Of a stretch of DNA of 64,000 nt, positions 10,198 to 18,735 are shown one piece after another (positions within the stretch are counted from its first letter, which is position 1; each line of letters starts with the position of its first letter). The notes under the pieces are model-generated. The model was not told the DNA's origin. It worked only from the letters and a program-made list of their open reading frames with translations, and ran no database searches. Position numbers and translations under genes: made by a program. The DNA is taken from positions 84,253 to 148,252 of the forward strand of contig CAVXVR010000004.1 of the NCBI GenBank assembly GCA_963765285.1, written 5' to 3'. This DNA comes from Terriglobia bacterium. GTDB taxonomy: Bacteria > Acidobacteriota > Terriglobia > Terriglobales > Acidobacteriaceae.

Positions 10198-10300
10198 CAG
10201 TGTCCTCTGTGCCCTCCGTGGTCAATAGAATTTGGAGCCCAAGAAAACAGCGAGCCGCCCGTAAGTCCTTAGTGTCCTCAGTGTCCTCCGTGGTTGAAAC
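10198..10300. repeat. GTGTCCTCCGTG-unit repeat locus 1 (two modules)
   Basis: CAGTGTCCTCTGTGCCCTCCGTGGTCAA (10198-10225) and TAGTGTCCTCAGTGTCCTCCGTGGTTGAAAC (about 10270-10300). Same architecture at 15416, 56486 and 60732. Confidence 0.85.
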
Positions 10301-10461
10301 AATCGGGGAACGCCAGAAGTCTATAACGCAGGAAAGGAAGTCAGTGCGGATCAAGCAAAAAAACCCGCAATTCCCGAAACGGTCTTTCCCGAAACAGGAA
10401 GCGGCGGCCGGTGCGGACTGCCCATCCGCCCGGCCCTCGCGCAAACGCTAAAAAGAGGGAA

Positions 10462-10806
10462 TTAGTTGAACGACTTGACCGCTGCCGCTTCGTCGTCCTT
10501 CACATCAAAGACGGTATAGAGCTTGGTGATCTGCAGCAGATCGTGGACCTTCTTGGTCAGGTTGAGCAGCTTGAGGTCGCCGCCCTGGTTGCGCACCGTG
10601 GTGAACGCGCTGACCAACTCTCCGATGCCCGAGCTGTCGATGTAATTCACATCGCCAAGATTCAGCAGGATCTTTTTCTGGCCCTTGGACAGCAGTTCGC
10701 GGACCGCGTCCTTCAGGATCACGCTGCCTTCGCCGAGGGTGATGCGGCCGCTGCAATCCATGATGGTGACTCCATCCACCTGACGAGAACTGACCTTCAT
10801 GCTCAC
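10462..10806 (-). CDS. STAS-domain anti-sigma-factor antagonist (SpoIIAA/RsbV-like)
   Basis: 114 aa. NLGDVNYIDSSGIGELV contains the phosphorylatable Ser context (DSSG). Confidence 0.85.
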   Translation of the reverse strand: MSMKVSSRQVDGVTIMDCSGRITLGEGSVILKDAVRELLSKGQKKILLNLGDVNYIDSSGIGELVSAFTTVRNQGGDLKLLNLTKKVHDLLQITKLYTVFDVKDDEAAAVKSFN

Positions 10807-11258
10807 TGGGAAGCCTCCTTGCCGCCCCCGGATGGCCCGTGGACGTGTTTAATGAGTTTGATTTCCGTACCCGCCTGGGAGGGGTGAATCTGCACCTCGT
10901 CCATAAATGAACGAATCAGAAAAATGCCCCGCCCCGACGTCTTTAAAAGATTTTCTGCCGCCAGGGGATCGGGAATCTTGCTCAAATCCATCCCTTTACC
11001 CTGGTCCCGGATGGTGATCACCAGGTCCTCGCCAATCCGCTCAAAGGCCAGACTGACCTTCTTGCCGGGATCGTAGGCATTGCCGTGCAGCACGGCGTTG
11101 ACCGCCGCCTCGCGCACCGCCATCGCGATCCGCATCACCTCGTCGTCGTCAAAACCGGCCTCAGACGCAATGCGAGTGGCGGTCCGCTCGGCGCTGTCCA
11201 CAGTCTCCAGCGTCGAATCCAGCGTATAGCTGACCCGGTGATTGGTCATAGCCCACAA
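10803..11258 (-). CDS. anti-sigma regulatory Ser/Thr kinase (SpoIIAB/RsbW-like, HATPase_c)
   Basis: N-box EAAVNAVLHGN and G-boxes DQGKGMD / GRGIFLI. 4-nt overlap with the STAS gene. Confidence 0.8.
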   Translation of the reverse strand: MWAMTNHRVSYTLDSTLETVDSAERTATRIASEAGFDDDEVMRIAMAVREAAVNAVLHGNAYDPGKKVSLAFERIGEDLVITIRDQGKGMDLSKIPDPLAAENLLKTSGRGIFLIRSFMDEVQIHPSQAGTEIKLIKHVHGPSGGGKEASQ

Positions 11259-11425
11259 TCTGGGAACCAGCCGGCGGACGTGTACTTGCCCTGCCTGACC
11301 CGCCCGGCTCGCCCTGAACCTGTATGAAAGAGACGGTTTGCGGCGAATGCGGTAGTTTGCCCTTCCCCTGTGTAAATGTCAACGCGAAGGTTACCACGGG
11401 GCCGGCCCGCAAGTCCCACGGCGCT

Positions 11426-11485
11426 GTCATCCTGAGCGCAGGGAAGTGCGCGAAGCGCGTTTCTCCGGAGTCGAACGACCCCATA
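11426..11485 (+). repeat. GTCATCCTGAGCG-type repeat, forward arm of an inverted pair
   Basis: GTCATCCTGAGCGCAGGGAAGTGCGCGAAGCGCG... The partner on the opposite strand is at 11591-11653. Confidence 0.6.
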
Positions 11486-11590
11486 CCTGTGTGCGCTAGC
11501 ACGGATTCATCCAGGAGTTCTCTTAGCAAATCCAGTCCCCAAGTTGGTGCGGCATGGTTCCGCGATGCGTCGGCGACGGCACATACAGCC

Positions 11591-11653
11591 AAGGAATCCT
11601 TCGACTGCGGCAGCGGCTTGGCCCTGCCAAGCCGCTACTCCGCTCAGGATGAC
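11591..11653 (-). repeat. GTCATCCTGAGCG-type repeat, reverse arm of the inverted pair
   Basis: The reverse complement reads GTCATCCTGAGCGGAGTAGCGGC...GTCGAAGGATTCC. Confidence 0.6.
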
Positions 11654-11705
11654 AATGCTGCCAGAGTGCGCACATTCTGTCTGGATTCTGACGAAGCACT
11701 TGAGT

Positions 11706-12959
11706 ATGCTCGGGGCGATGCCAACGCTCGCCCTCTCCGAACTATTGGGCTCCCCGGTGTTCGACGCCGGTGGGGGCCAATACGGACGCCTGCGCGAGCT
11801 GGCTCTGCTTCCTCAGGAAGACCGCGCCCGCATAGCGAAGCTGATCGTCAAAACCAAGTCCGGCCTCCGTATGCTGCCCTTTGCCGCGGTCACCTCGATC
11901 AACGGCGGCATCCGCACCGACGCGGCCGCCTCCGACTGGATCGCCGCTGGCCCCGGCGAGGGCATGCTCCTGCTGGAGCGCGATCTGCTCGACCAACAGG
12001 TGATCGACGTTTTCGGCCGGAAAGTGGTCAGGGTAAACGACCTCGACCTTCATGAGGAACTGGTCGCAAACCGCCCCGTGCTCAGAGTCGGCTCGGTCGA
12101 TGTCGGGCCCCGAGGCGCGGTCCGGCGCTTGCTTAAAGGCCTCATCCCGTTGCCTGCTTTGCGTGCCTTGCTGCGCCAGATTCCCCCGCGTCCCATCCCT
12201 TGGGATTTTGTCGACCTCATTGAAACCGACCCCGCCCGCCGGGTCAAACTGAAGATCTCGCACGAACGTCTGGCGCGCCTGCACCCCGCCGATATCGCCG
12301 ACATCGTCGAAGATCTCGCTCCCGACGAACGCGAAGCGGTGTTTGAAACTCTTGATGAAGGCGTGGCCGCCGAAGCGCTGGAAGAGGTCGAACCCAAAGT
12401 GCAGAAGGCCATCGTCGAGTCTTTGGACTCCGAACGTGCCGCCGAAATTGTCGAAGAGATGCAACCCGATGCGGCTGCCGATCTGCTCGCCGACCTGCCC
12501 GCGGAGCGCACTACCGAAATTCTGGACGAAATGCAGCCCGCCGAGCGCGAGGAGATGGAGGAACTCCTCGAGTTCAAAGAAAACACCGCCGCCGGCCGCA
12601 TGACCACGGACTTCCTCGCGTTGGCCGTCGATAAAACCGCCCAGGATGCCATCGACGCCTTACGCTGTTTCGAGGGCCGCGTCGAGACCATGAATACGAT
12701 TTATCTGGTGGACTCACACGGTACGCTCGCGGGCGCGGTTCCCCTGGTGAAGATCGCCGTGGCCAAACCCGACACGCCGCTGCTTGCCCTGACTCAGGAG
12801 CCCTTGATCTACACCCACGCCGGAGCAAGCGAAAACGAAGTGGCCGAATTGTTCGACAAATACAACCTGCTCAGCGTCCCGGTGGTCGACGACCACAACC
12901 GGCTCACCGGGGTCATCACCTTCGACGACATCATCAGCATGCTGCGGCAGAAACTGTGA
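11706..12959 (+). CDS. PRC-barrel / MgtE N-terminal domain / tandem CBS protein lacking the MgtE membrane channel
   Basis: LLGSPVFDAGG and VIDVFGRKVVRVNDL (PRC barrels), acidic MgtE_N helices (ADIADIVEDLAPDEREAVFETL...EILDEMQPAEREEMEELL) and a CBS pair (YLVDSHGTLAGAVPL, LSVPVVDDHNRLTGVITFDD). It stops at ISMLRQKL with no TM segment. Start trimmed to ATG 11706 because upstream of it is repeat DNA. Confidence 0.75.
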   Translation: MLGAMPTLALSELLGSPVFDAGGGQYGRLRELALLPQEDRARIAKLIVKTKSGLRMLPFAAVTSINGGIRTDAAASDWIAAGPGEGMLLLERDLLDQQVIDVFGRKVVRVNDLDLHEELVANRPVLRVGSVDVGPRGAVRRLLKGLIPLPALRALLRQIPPRPIPWDFVDLIETDPARRVKLKISHERLARLHPADIADIVEDLAPDEREAVFETLDEGVAAEALEEVEPKVQKAIVESLDSERAAEIVEEMQPDAAADLLADLPAERTTEILDEMQPAEREEMEELLEFKENTAAGRMTTDFLALAVDKTAQDAIDALRCFEGRVETMNTIYLVDSHGTLAGAVPLVKIAVAKPDTPLLALTQEPLIYTHAGASENEVAELFDKYNLLSVPVVDDHNRLTGVITFDDIISMLRQKL

Positions 12960-12980
12960 GAAGCCGACCCAGCAACTCGT

Positions 12981-14534
12981 ATGGTCCCGTCTAGCCAGCA
13001 AAGACACTCATTATTGTCTGATGGCATGATTTTTATTTGGGCTATCGCTTTGGCGAAGCTTGTTTTTCACACCTACTTCAACAACCGCTATGGCTATTTC
13101 CGCGACGAGTTTGACTACATAGCGTGCGCCAATCATTTGGCCTGGGGATATGTTGACCAGCCCCCGCTCATTCCTTTCCTGGCCCGGGTTTCTCTCGTAG
13201 TGCTGGGAGATTCTCTGCGCGCCATTCGCTTCCTTCCCGCCCTGGCATCCTCGTTGTTGATCGTGCAAACTGCGCTCATCGCGCGGGAATTTGGCGGGAG
13301 CCGTTTCGCGTTGCTGCTAAGCGCCATCACTGTCGCAGTCGCGCCACAATACCTTTCGAATGCCAGTCTGCTGGGAACAAACTGCCTGGAGCCGAATCTC
13401 TGGATGGGCTGTGCGTATTTCGCGATCCTTGCCGTCAATCGCAGCCAGCCGCGCTACTGGCTGTGGTTTGGCGTGGTTGCTGGTCTGGGGCTGCAGGAAA
13501 AATATTCAATTGCCATGTTTGGGTTCGCGGTTGTGGTGGGGCTGCTATTGACTGAGCAGCGGCGCTTCTTTTTGAATAAATGGATATGGCTGGGCGGCCT
13601 AGCCGCGTTTCTGATTATCTTGCCCAACTTGCTCTGGAACCTGCACTACGATTGGCCCTTCCTTCAACTCATCCGGAACATTCGCGCCGAAGGGCGCGAT
13701 GTAGTGCTTCCCGCGGGACAGTACTTCTTTCAACAAACGTTGCTGGTCAACCCCCTGACAGCCCCGATTTGGTTGACCGGCCTGTTCGCCCTGCTTTTTT
13801 CCAGCGAGCTTAAGCCGTATCGTTTTCTTGGTTGGTCCTATCTGGTCTGCTACGGCGTTTTCTTCGCGCTGCACGGCAAGAACTATTACCTTGCGCCCAT
13901 CTATCCGATGCTCCTGGCAGCCGGCGCTGTGGTCATCAACTCCGCTCTCGATCGTCCCAGACTGAAGTGGCTCAAGCCTGCCATCGCCGTTGTCTTATTG
14001 GCCAATGGCGCGTATCTTGCGCCTGTCGTCGTCCCTGTTTTGTCGCCTCACGCATTCATTGCGTACATGAAATATCTGCCGTTCAAACTTCCCGTCATGG
14101 AACATGCTCACGCACGCGCAACTTTGCCTCAGTGGTATTCCGACCAGTTTGGATGGGAAGAGATCGTAGCCGAGACGGCAGAAGCCTGGAACCGCATCCC
14201 CGCGAATGAGCGCCGGCAGTGTGGCGTCTTTGCTCAGGATTATGGGCAGGCCGGCGCGATTGACTTTCTAGGCCGGAAATACGGTCTGCCACCGGCGCTT
14301 AGCGGCCACCAAACCTGGTTTATTTGGGGTCCACGTGGCTATTCCGGCGACTGCATGGTCGTGCTGGATGATACAAGGGAAAGACTTGAGCAGCTATGGC
14401 GGCAGGTCGATTACGTAGGCACTTCCGCCAGCAATCCTTACGCGCTGGAAAAGAATATCGACGTGTTTATCTGTAAAGGTCCAAAGTTTGGCACGCTGGC
14501 TCAGCTCTGGCCGGAGTTAAAGCGCTGGCGTTGA
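12981..14534 (+). CDS. GT-C fold membrane glycosyltransferase (ArnT/PMT-like, family 39/83 type)
   Basis: About 11 hydrophobic segments, a first-loop acidic motif FRDEFDY and a soluble C-terminal domain. The start could be ATG 13026. Confidence 0.75.
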   Translation: MVPSSQQRHSLLSDGMIFIWAIALAKLVFHTYFNNRYGYFRDEFDYIACANHLAWGYVDQPPLIPFLARVSLVVLGDSLRAIRFLPALASSLLIVQTALIAREFGGSRFALLLSAITVAVAPQYLSNASLLGTNCLEPNLWMGCAYFAILAVNRSQPRYWLWFGVVAGLGLQEKYSIAMFGFAVVVGLLLTEQRRFFLNKWIWLGGLAAFLIILPNLLWNLHYDWPFLQLIRNIRAEGRDVVLPAGQYFFQQTLLVNPLTAPIWLTGLFALLFSSELKPYRFLGWSYLVCYGVFFALHGKNYYLAPIYPMLLAAGAVVINSALDRPRLKWLKPAIAVVLLANGAYLAPVVVPVLSPHAFIAYMKYLPFKLPVMEHAHARATLPQWYSDQFGWEEIVAETAEAWNRIPANERRQCGVFAQDYGQAGAIDFLGRKYGLPPALSGHQTWFIWGPRGYSGDCMVVLDDTRERLEQLWRQVDYVGTSASNPYALEKNIDVFICKGPKFGTLAQLWPELKRWR

Positions 14535-14591
14535 CTTCCCGAGGGAAGACAGAACGGTTCTGCTTGCCTGTGAGCGATGGATGGATAAGCA

Positions 14592-15377
14592 TTAAATTTC
14601 CAGCACCCCTTGCAAATACAACCGTGCTCGCCCTGCAATCTTCACCCGGTCCCCATCCATCCGGCATCGGAACTCCCCGCCCCGCGTGCTGAGCTGTTGC
14701 GCCTGCAAGGTTCTTTTTCCCAACCGCTCAGCCCAATAGGGAACCAACGTGCAGTGTACCGACCCCGTGGCCGGGTCCTCATCAATACCCACCGACGGCG
14801 GGAAAAACCGCAGCACATAATCCACGTCTCCGCCCGGAGCCGTGACAATGGCCCCTCCTGTGCCCATCTCGATCTTGGCCAGAGCGCGGATGTCGGGCGA
14901 TAGCGCTCGCACCTGCTCCGCGTCCTCCACGACCACCAGATAGTCTCGCGCCTTCATAACCAACGCCGTTTTCAGCCCGAGCGAGGGCAACAACGCGGCC
15001 GGAAGCACACACTCTTTCGCTGGCCAAGCCGGGAAATCCATCTCCCAACGTTCTCCGTCGCGTGCCACGCTCAACACCCCGCTGCAAGTATGAAATCGCA
15101 CCGGCCACTCTGTTTGTCCACGCAACTCCAGAACGAACGCCGACGCCAGGGTCGCGTGCCCACACAAATCATCTTCGACCGCTGGAGTAAACCAGCGCAA
15201 ATCGAACTCCCCATCCTCCCGCGCCACAACAAACGCGGTCTCGGAGTGCCGGTTTTCCGCCGCAATCTTCTGCATCATCCGATCCGGCAGAAACGCAGGA
15301 AGGATGCAAACTCCCGCCGGATTCCCCGCAAAGAGCTCTCCGGTGAAGACCTCGACGTGGTAGTAAGGAATAGCCAT
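14592..15377 (-). CDS. PhzF-family isomerase
   Basis: MAIPYYHVEVFTGELFAGNPAGV ... HSETAFVV ... CGHATLA ... DPATGSVHCTL. The 32 N-terminal codons of the tracked ORF (MTTEGTEDTD...) are repeat read-through and were trimmed. Confidence 0.85.
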   Translation of the reverse strand: MAIPYYHVEVFTGELFAGNPAGVCILPAFLPDRMMQKIAAENRHSETAFVVAREDGEFDLRWFTPAVEDDLCGHATLASAFVLELRGQTEWPVRFHTCSGVLSVARDGERWEMDFPAWPAKECVLPAALLPSLGLKTALVMKARDYLVVVEDAEQVRALSPDIRALAKIEMGTGGAIVTAPGGDVDYVLRFFPPSVGIDEDPATGSVHCTLVPYWAERLGKRTLQAQQLSTRGGEFRCRMDGDRVKIAGRARLYLQGVLEI

Positions 15378-15415
15378 GGGGGCTCGTGGTGAGCGAGATA
15401 ATTGTAACAATGCCG

Positions 15416-15476
15416 CTCCGTGTCCTCCGTGGTGAAAAATCGGGTCTGTGTCCTCAGTGCCCTCTGTGGTCAAAAC
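15416..15476. repeat. GTGTCCTCCGTG-unit repeat locus 2
   Basis: CTCCGTGTCCTCCGTGGTGAAAAATCGGGTCTGTGTCCTCAGTGCCCTCTGTGGTCAAAACC. Confidence 0.85.
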
Positions 15477-15604
15477 CAGGAAAGGGAATCCACCCAGAAT
15501 TTTCGGAGAATAATCTGCTCCCCCAGCACATTTCAGCTACCCATACTCCAGAACTCCGTTTATCCTGACAGGTCATTTTGGCTTTATGCCTGCGAACTGG
15601 CCCC

Positions 15605-16855
15605 ATGAAATTCTGGAAACGCTGGAAACTCCGGATCCTGCTGTTCTTTGCCGTCGTCGGTCCGGGATTCATTACCGCGAATGTGGACAACGATGCCAAC
15701 GGCATCTACACCTACTCAGCGGCGGGCGCGCAGTTCGGCCACATGCTGTTGTGGACCATGATCCCGGTCACCCTGGCCCTGATCGTGATCCAGGAAATCG
15801 CCGCCCGCATGGGCGCAGTCACCGGCAAGGGCCTCAGCGATCTCATCCGTGAAGAATTCGGCTTCCGCATCACCTTCTTCATGATGATCGGAATCCTGAT
15901 CATCAATTTCGGCAATGTCGTGGGCGAGTTCGCCGGCATCGCCGGTAGTCTGGAACTGTTCGGCCTTTCCAAATACATTACGGTGCCAGTCTGCGGCGCA
16001 ATCGTCTGGCTGATTGTGGTCAAAGGCCAGTACAAGACGGTCGAAAAAGTCTTCCTGGTGGCCTCGTTTTTCTACATCACTTATATCTTCGCCGGAGTCA
16101 TCGCCAAACCCGCCTGGGTCGATGCCCTGAAAGCCACGATCGTGCCGCCGCCCAAGCAGATGTTCATCCGCCAGGATTATCTCTACATGATCATCGGTGT
16201 CATCGGCACAACCATCGCCCCCTGGATGCAGTTTTACCTGCAGTCTTCCATCGTCGAGAAGGGAGTGACCAAGCGCCAGTACAAAGCTTCGCAACTCGAC
16301 GTCATCACTGGCTGCATCTTCACCGATGTCGTTGCCTGGTTCATCATCGTGGCCTGCGCCGCCACGCTGTACGTGCACGGCTTTCACAACATCGCCGACG
16401 CCAAAGACGCCGCCCAGGCCCTCCGCCCGCTCGCCGGAGACTACGCCTACATTCTTTTCGCCATGGGGTTGTTCAACGCTTCGCTGTTCGCCGCATCCAT
16501 CCTGCCGCTCTCCACGGCGTACACCGTCTGTGAAGGATTGGGTTTTGAATCCGGAGTAGGGAAGCGCTTCAGCGAAGCCCCGGTCTTCTACTGGCTCTAC
16601 ACCGCCCTGATCGTGGCCGGTGGAGGCGTCATTCTCTATCCCAATCTGCCGCTGGTAAAGATTTCCATTCTGTCGCAGGTGGTGAACGGAATCGCCCTGC
16701 CGCCGGTGCTGGTGTTCATGCTGTTATTGGTCAACAAAAAAGAGCTGATGGGCGAATACACGAATTCCCGTCTCTACAACGTGATCGCCTGGGTCACCAC
16801 GGTCATTATGGCGCTGCTCAGCCTGGCGTATATCTGGACGCTGCGGACGAGCTGA
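15605..16855 (+). CDS. NRAMP/SLC11-family divalent-cation transporter with non-canonical (NRMT-like) metal-site residues
   Basis: Nramp fold (GPGFITANVDNDANG..., 11 TM). Helix-1 reads DANG where Mn/Fe-type MntH has DPGN. Helix-6 reads GTTIAPW where MntH has GA(T/V)(V/I)MPH. Confidence 0.8.
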   Translation: MKFWKRWKLRILLFFAVVGPGFITANVDNDANGIYTYSAAGAQFGHMLLWTMIPVTLALIVIQEIAARMGAVTGKGLSDLIREEFGFRITFFMMIGILIINFGNVVGEFAGIAGSLELFGLSKYITVPVCGAIVWLIVVKGQYKTVEKVFLVASFFYITYIFAGVIAKPAWVDALKATIVPPPKQMFIRQDYLYMIIGVIGTTIAPWMQFYLQSSIVEKGVTKRQYKASQLDVITGCIFTDVVAWFIIVACAATLYVHGFHNIADAKDAAQALRPLAGDYAYILFAMGLFNASLFAASILPLSTAYTVCEGLGFESGVGKRFSEAPVFYWLYTALIVAGGGVILYPNLPLVKISILSQVVNGIALPPVLVFMLLLVNKKELMGEYTNSRLYNVIAWVTTVIMALLSLAYIWTLRTS

Positions 16856-16904
16856 AAATAGATCGCTATCAGACCCGAGACAGAAAAAACGCGTGGAACG
16901 GCCG

Positions 16905-17384
16905 CTATTGTGCCTGCCGGCGGAATTTCCAACTGTAAGCGTGCTTCGGATACCGGCCCATGAGCTTGCGCCAAAATCCGTGAGCGCGATGGAACCCCGC
17001 AGTGTTGGGCAAAAACATAAACGGACATTGCCCCGGGACCACTTCCATGCCGTGCTCGCGGCAGAAATCGACCGCTTTCTGACTGACCGCGCCGCCTTTG
17101 GTTCCTGCGCGGTACATCCAGACTAGCTTGATGCCCGCTTCGGCACAGTCCTCGACTACCTTTTCCGTGACCTCCGGCGAAGTCATTAACAGCGCTGCTT
17201 CGACGGGAGTCTCGATGTCTTGCACGTTAGCGTAGCAACGCCGTCCCTGCACCTCTAGCGTGTTAGGGTTCACCGGCACCACGTCATACCCACGGCGGCA
17301 GAGTTCCTCGAACAGCTTCATGCTGAAATTCTCGGGGTCGTGCGAAATCCCTACCATCGCAATCCGTTGCTGCGCCAGGAACAT
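16905..17384 (-). CDS. CoA-binding domain protein (YccU/YneT-like)
   Basis: RIAMVGISHDPENFS ... GYDVVPVNP ... CYANVQDI. The 5' end is questionable (see findings). Confidence 0.8.
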   Translation of the reverse strand: MFLAQQRIAMVGISHDPENFSMKLFEELCRRGYDVVPVNPNTLEVQGRRCYANVQDIETPVEAALLMTSPEVTEKVVEDCAEAGIKLVWMYRAGTKGGAVSQKAVDFCREHGMEVVPGQCPFMFLPNTAGFHRAHGFWRKLMGRYPKHAYSWKFRRQAQ

Positions 17385-17759
17385 CTTCGATGGTATCGAG
17401 CGATGTTCGTTGAGTCGCCATATGTCCTCCTCTGCTGGAAACCGATGATTCCTGGCTTCCTCGATCCTTCAACGTCACCGAACGAGCCGGTTTGGTCCCG
17501 CAGAAGCCCTGTTCCCATCAGCGCGCGCGCGGCCGCAAAAATCGGGCAATTATTGTCGGGCTTTCCGGGCGCCCGGACAGCGTGTTGGGCGGAAGCCGGG
17601 AAAAATCTACCTTGGATCGAATTTCCCCGCAGTGACGCGAATCACGGGAGAATGGCAATCCTTCATGGGCACGGTTGCCGCTCATGTGACCCGGGTCACT
17701 GCGGGCGCAACTGTAGCCATTAAGCTTGAGTAGTGAATCTGCAGGAGAGGGGATCGTCG

Positions 17760-18185
17760 ATGTCCAAAGCATTGCTCCTGATCGGCGGAATTCTGAATTC
17801 ACTATTCTTCGTGATTCATGTCCTGCTGGGCTACCAGCTTTTCCATCTCACCCAACTAGCTCCGCCGTTTCGAGGGCTCATAGAAGCGCTCAACGTCGGC
17901 GGAGTGCTTTTTATTCTCTTTTTTGCCTATGCGTCGTTCTTCTATGGGCAGGAACTTCTGAGCACCGGGCTCGGGAAGGCAGTTCTGCTGCTTGCTTCAG
18001 TCTTATATCTGTCACGAGCCGCGGAAGAGTTCTTTTGGCTCAGGTTCACACCGGCGATATTCGCTCTATGCGTGATCGTGGGCGCGATTTATGCTGCCCT
18101 TCTGGTGATCGCAATCCGGCAAGGTCACGTACCGCAGCAAGTGAGCATCGCCGCCGGACCTACGGAACTTCGCCGGGCCGCCTAG
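17760..18185 (+). CDS. hypothetical 4-TM membrane protein
   Basis: MSKALLLIGGILNSLFFVIHVLLGY plus three further hydrophobic helices. GGAGAGGGG SD upstream of ATG 17760. Confidence 0.5.
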   Translation: MSKALLLIGGILNSLFFVIHVLLGYQLFHLTQLAPPFRGLIEALNVGGVLFILFFAYASFFYGQELLSTGLGKAVLLLASVLYLSRAAEEFFWLRFTPAIFALCVIVGAIYAALLVIAIRQGHVPQQVSIAAGPTELRRAA

Positions 18186-18239
18186 GCAGTCATTTAAGGG
18201 AGCCGAGCCGGGAGCGTCCGCCCGCCACGCGAGCTTTCG

Positions 18240-18632
18240 CTACAGCACCTTCCCCTCCGCCAAATCCCTAACCAACGTCTGGTCCGCCTCCAGAAAATCG
18301 TATTCCCGCAACTGCGACCGTTTCGCCCACTGCATATCCTTAAAGATTTTGTTCTCCAACTCTCCCTTATATTGCCGCACCACAAAGAAGCGAAGCTCCA
18401 CGCTCCCGCCGCCCTTGTAATCATGCCGAATACGCGCCACTTCATCCCCAACCTCAGCTTCGATCCCCAGTTCTTCGTCCAGCTCCCGCCGCAGCGCATC
18501 GCGAGGCTGCTCTCCTTCTTCGATCTTGCCTCCGGGAAACTCCCACTTCAGCGGCATGGTCTGGTAGCGCGTGCGCTGGCACACCAGAATTTCTCCGTCT
18601 TTCACGATCAGTGCAGCCACCACTCTCTTCAT
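18240..18632 (-). CDS. mutT: NUDIX hydrolase (MutT-like 8-oxo-dGTP diphosphatase)
   Basis: Nudix box GGKIEEGEQPRDALRRELDEELG. Confidence 0.8.
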   Translation of the reverse strand: MKRVVAALIVKDGEILVCQRTRYQTMPLKWEFPGGKIEEGEQPRDALRRELDEELGIEAEVGDEVARIRHDYKGGGSVELRFFVVRQYKGELENKIFKDMQWAKRSQLREYDFLEADQTLVRDLAEGKVL

Positions 18633-18735
18633 AAGCAGGATGCCAATCTAATCGAAAATATTCCGGTGACCGAGAGGCTGGACTCCACCATGTTGCCGCA
18701 CGCCGGGGCTGGCGCGGCCGAAGGGCTTCAGCTAC

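Noticed and set aside
9405-10451. 348-aa plus-strand ORF, one of the longest unassigned ORFs in the track
   Set aside because: It runs through the hoxW 3' end, a GTCATCC repeat, the antisense of the secreted-protein gene and the GTGTCCTCCGTG repeats. Its Arg/Ser/Pro-rich composition is typical of GC-rich shadow frames, and the real genes explain the region.
11324-12055. 243-aa ORF and the N-terminal 54 codons of ORF 11544-12959
   Set aside because: They cover the inverted repeat pair (11426-11485 and 11591-11653). The peptide is repeat read-through (…AVILSAGKCAKRVSPESNDP…). The CBS-protein start was moved to ATG 11706.
15478-15604. Looked for a yybP-ykoY (Mn2+) riboswitch upstream of the NRAMP-family gene
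   Set aside because: No conserved four-way-junction sequence elements were recognisable by eye. The transporter also looks NRMT-like rather than Mn-specific. An Rfam scan would be needed for certainty.
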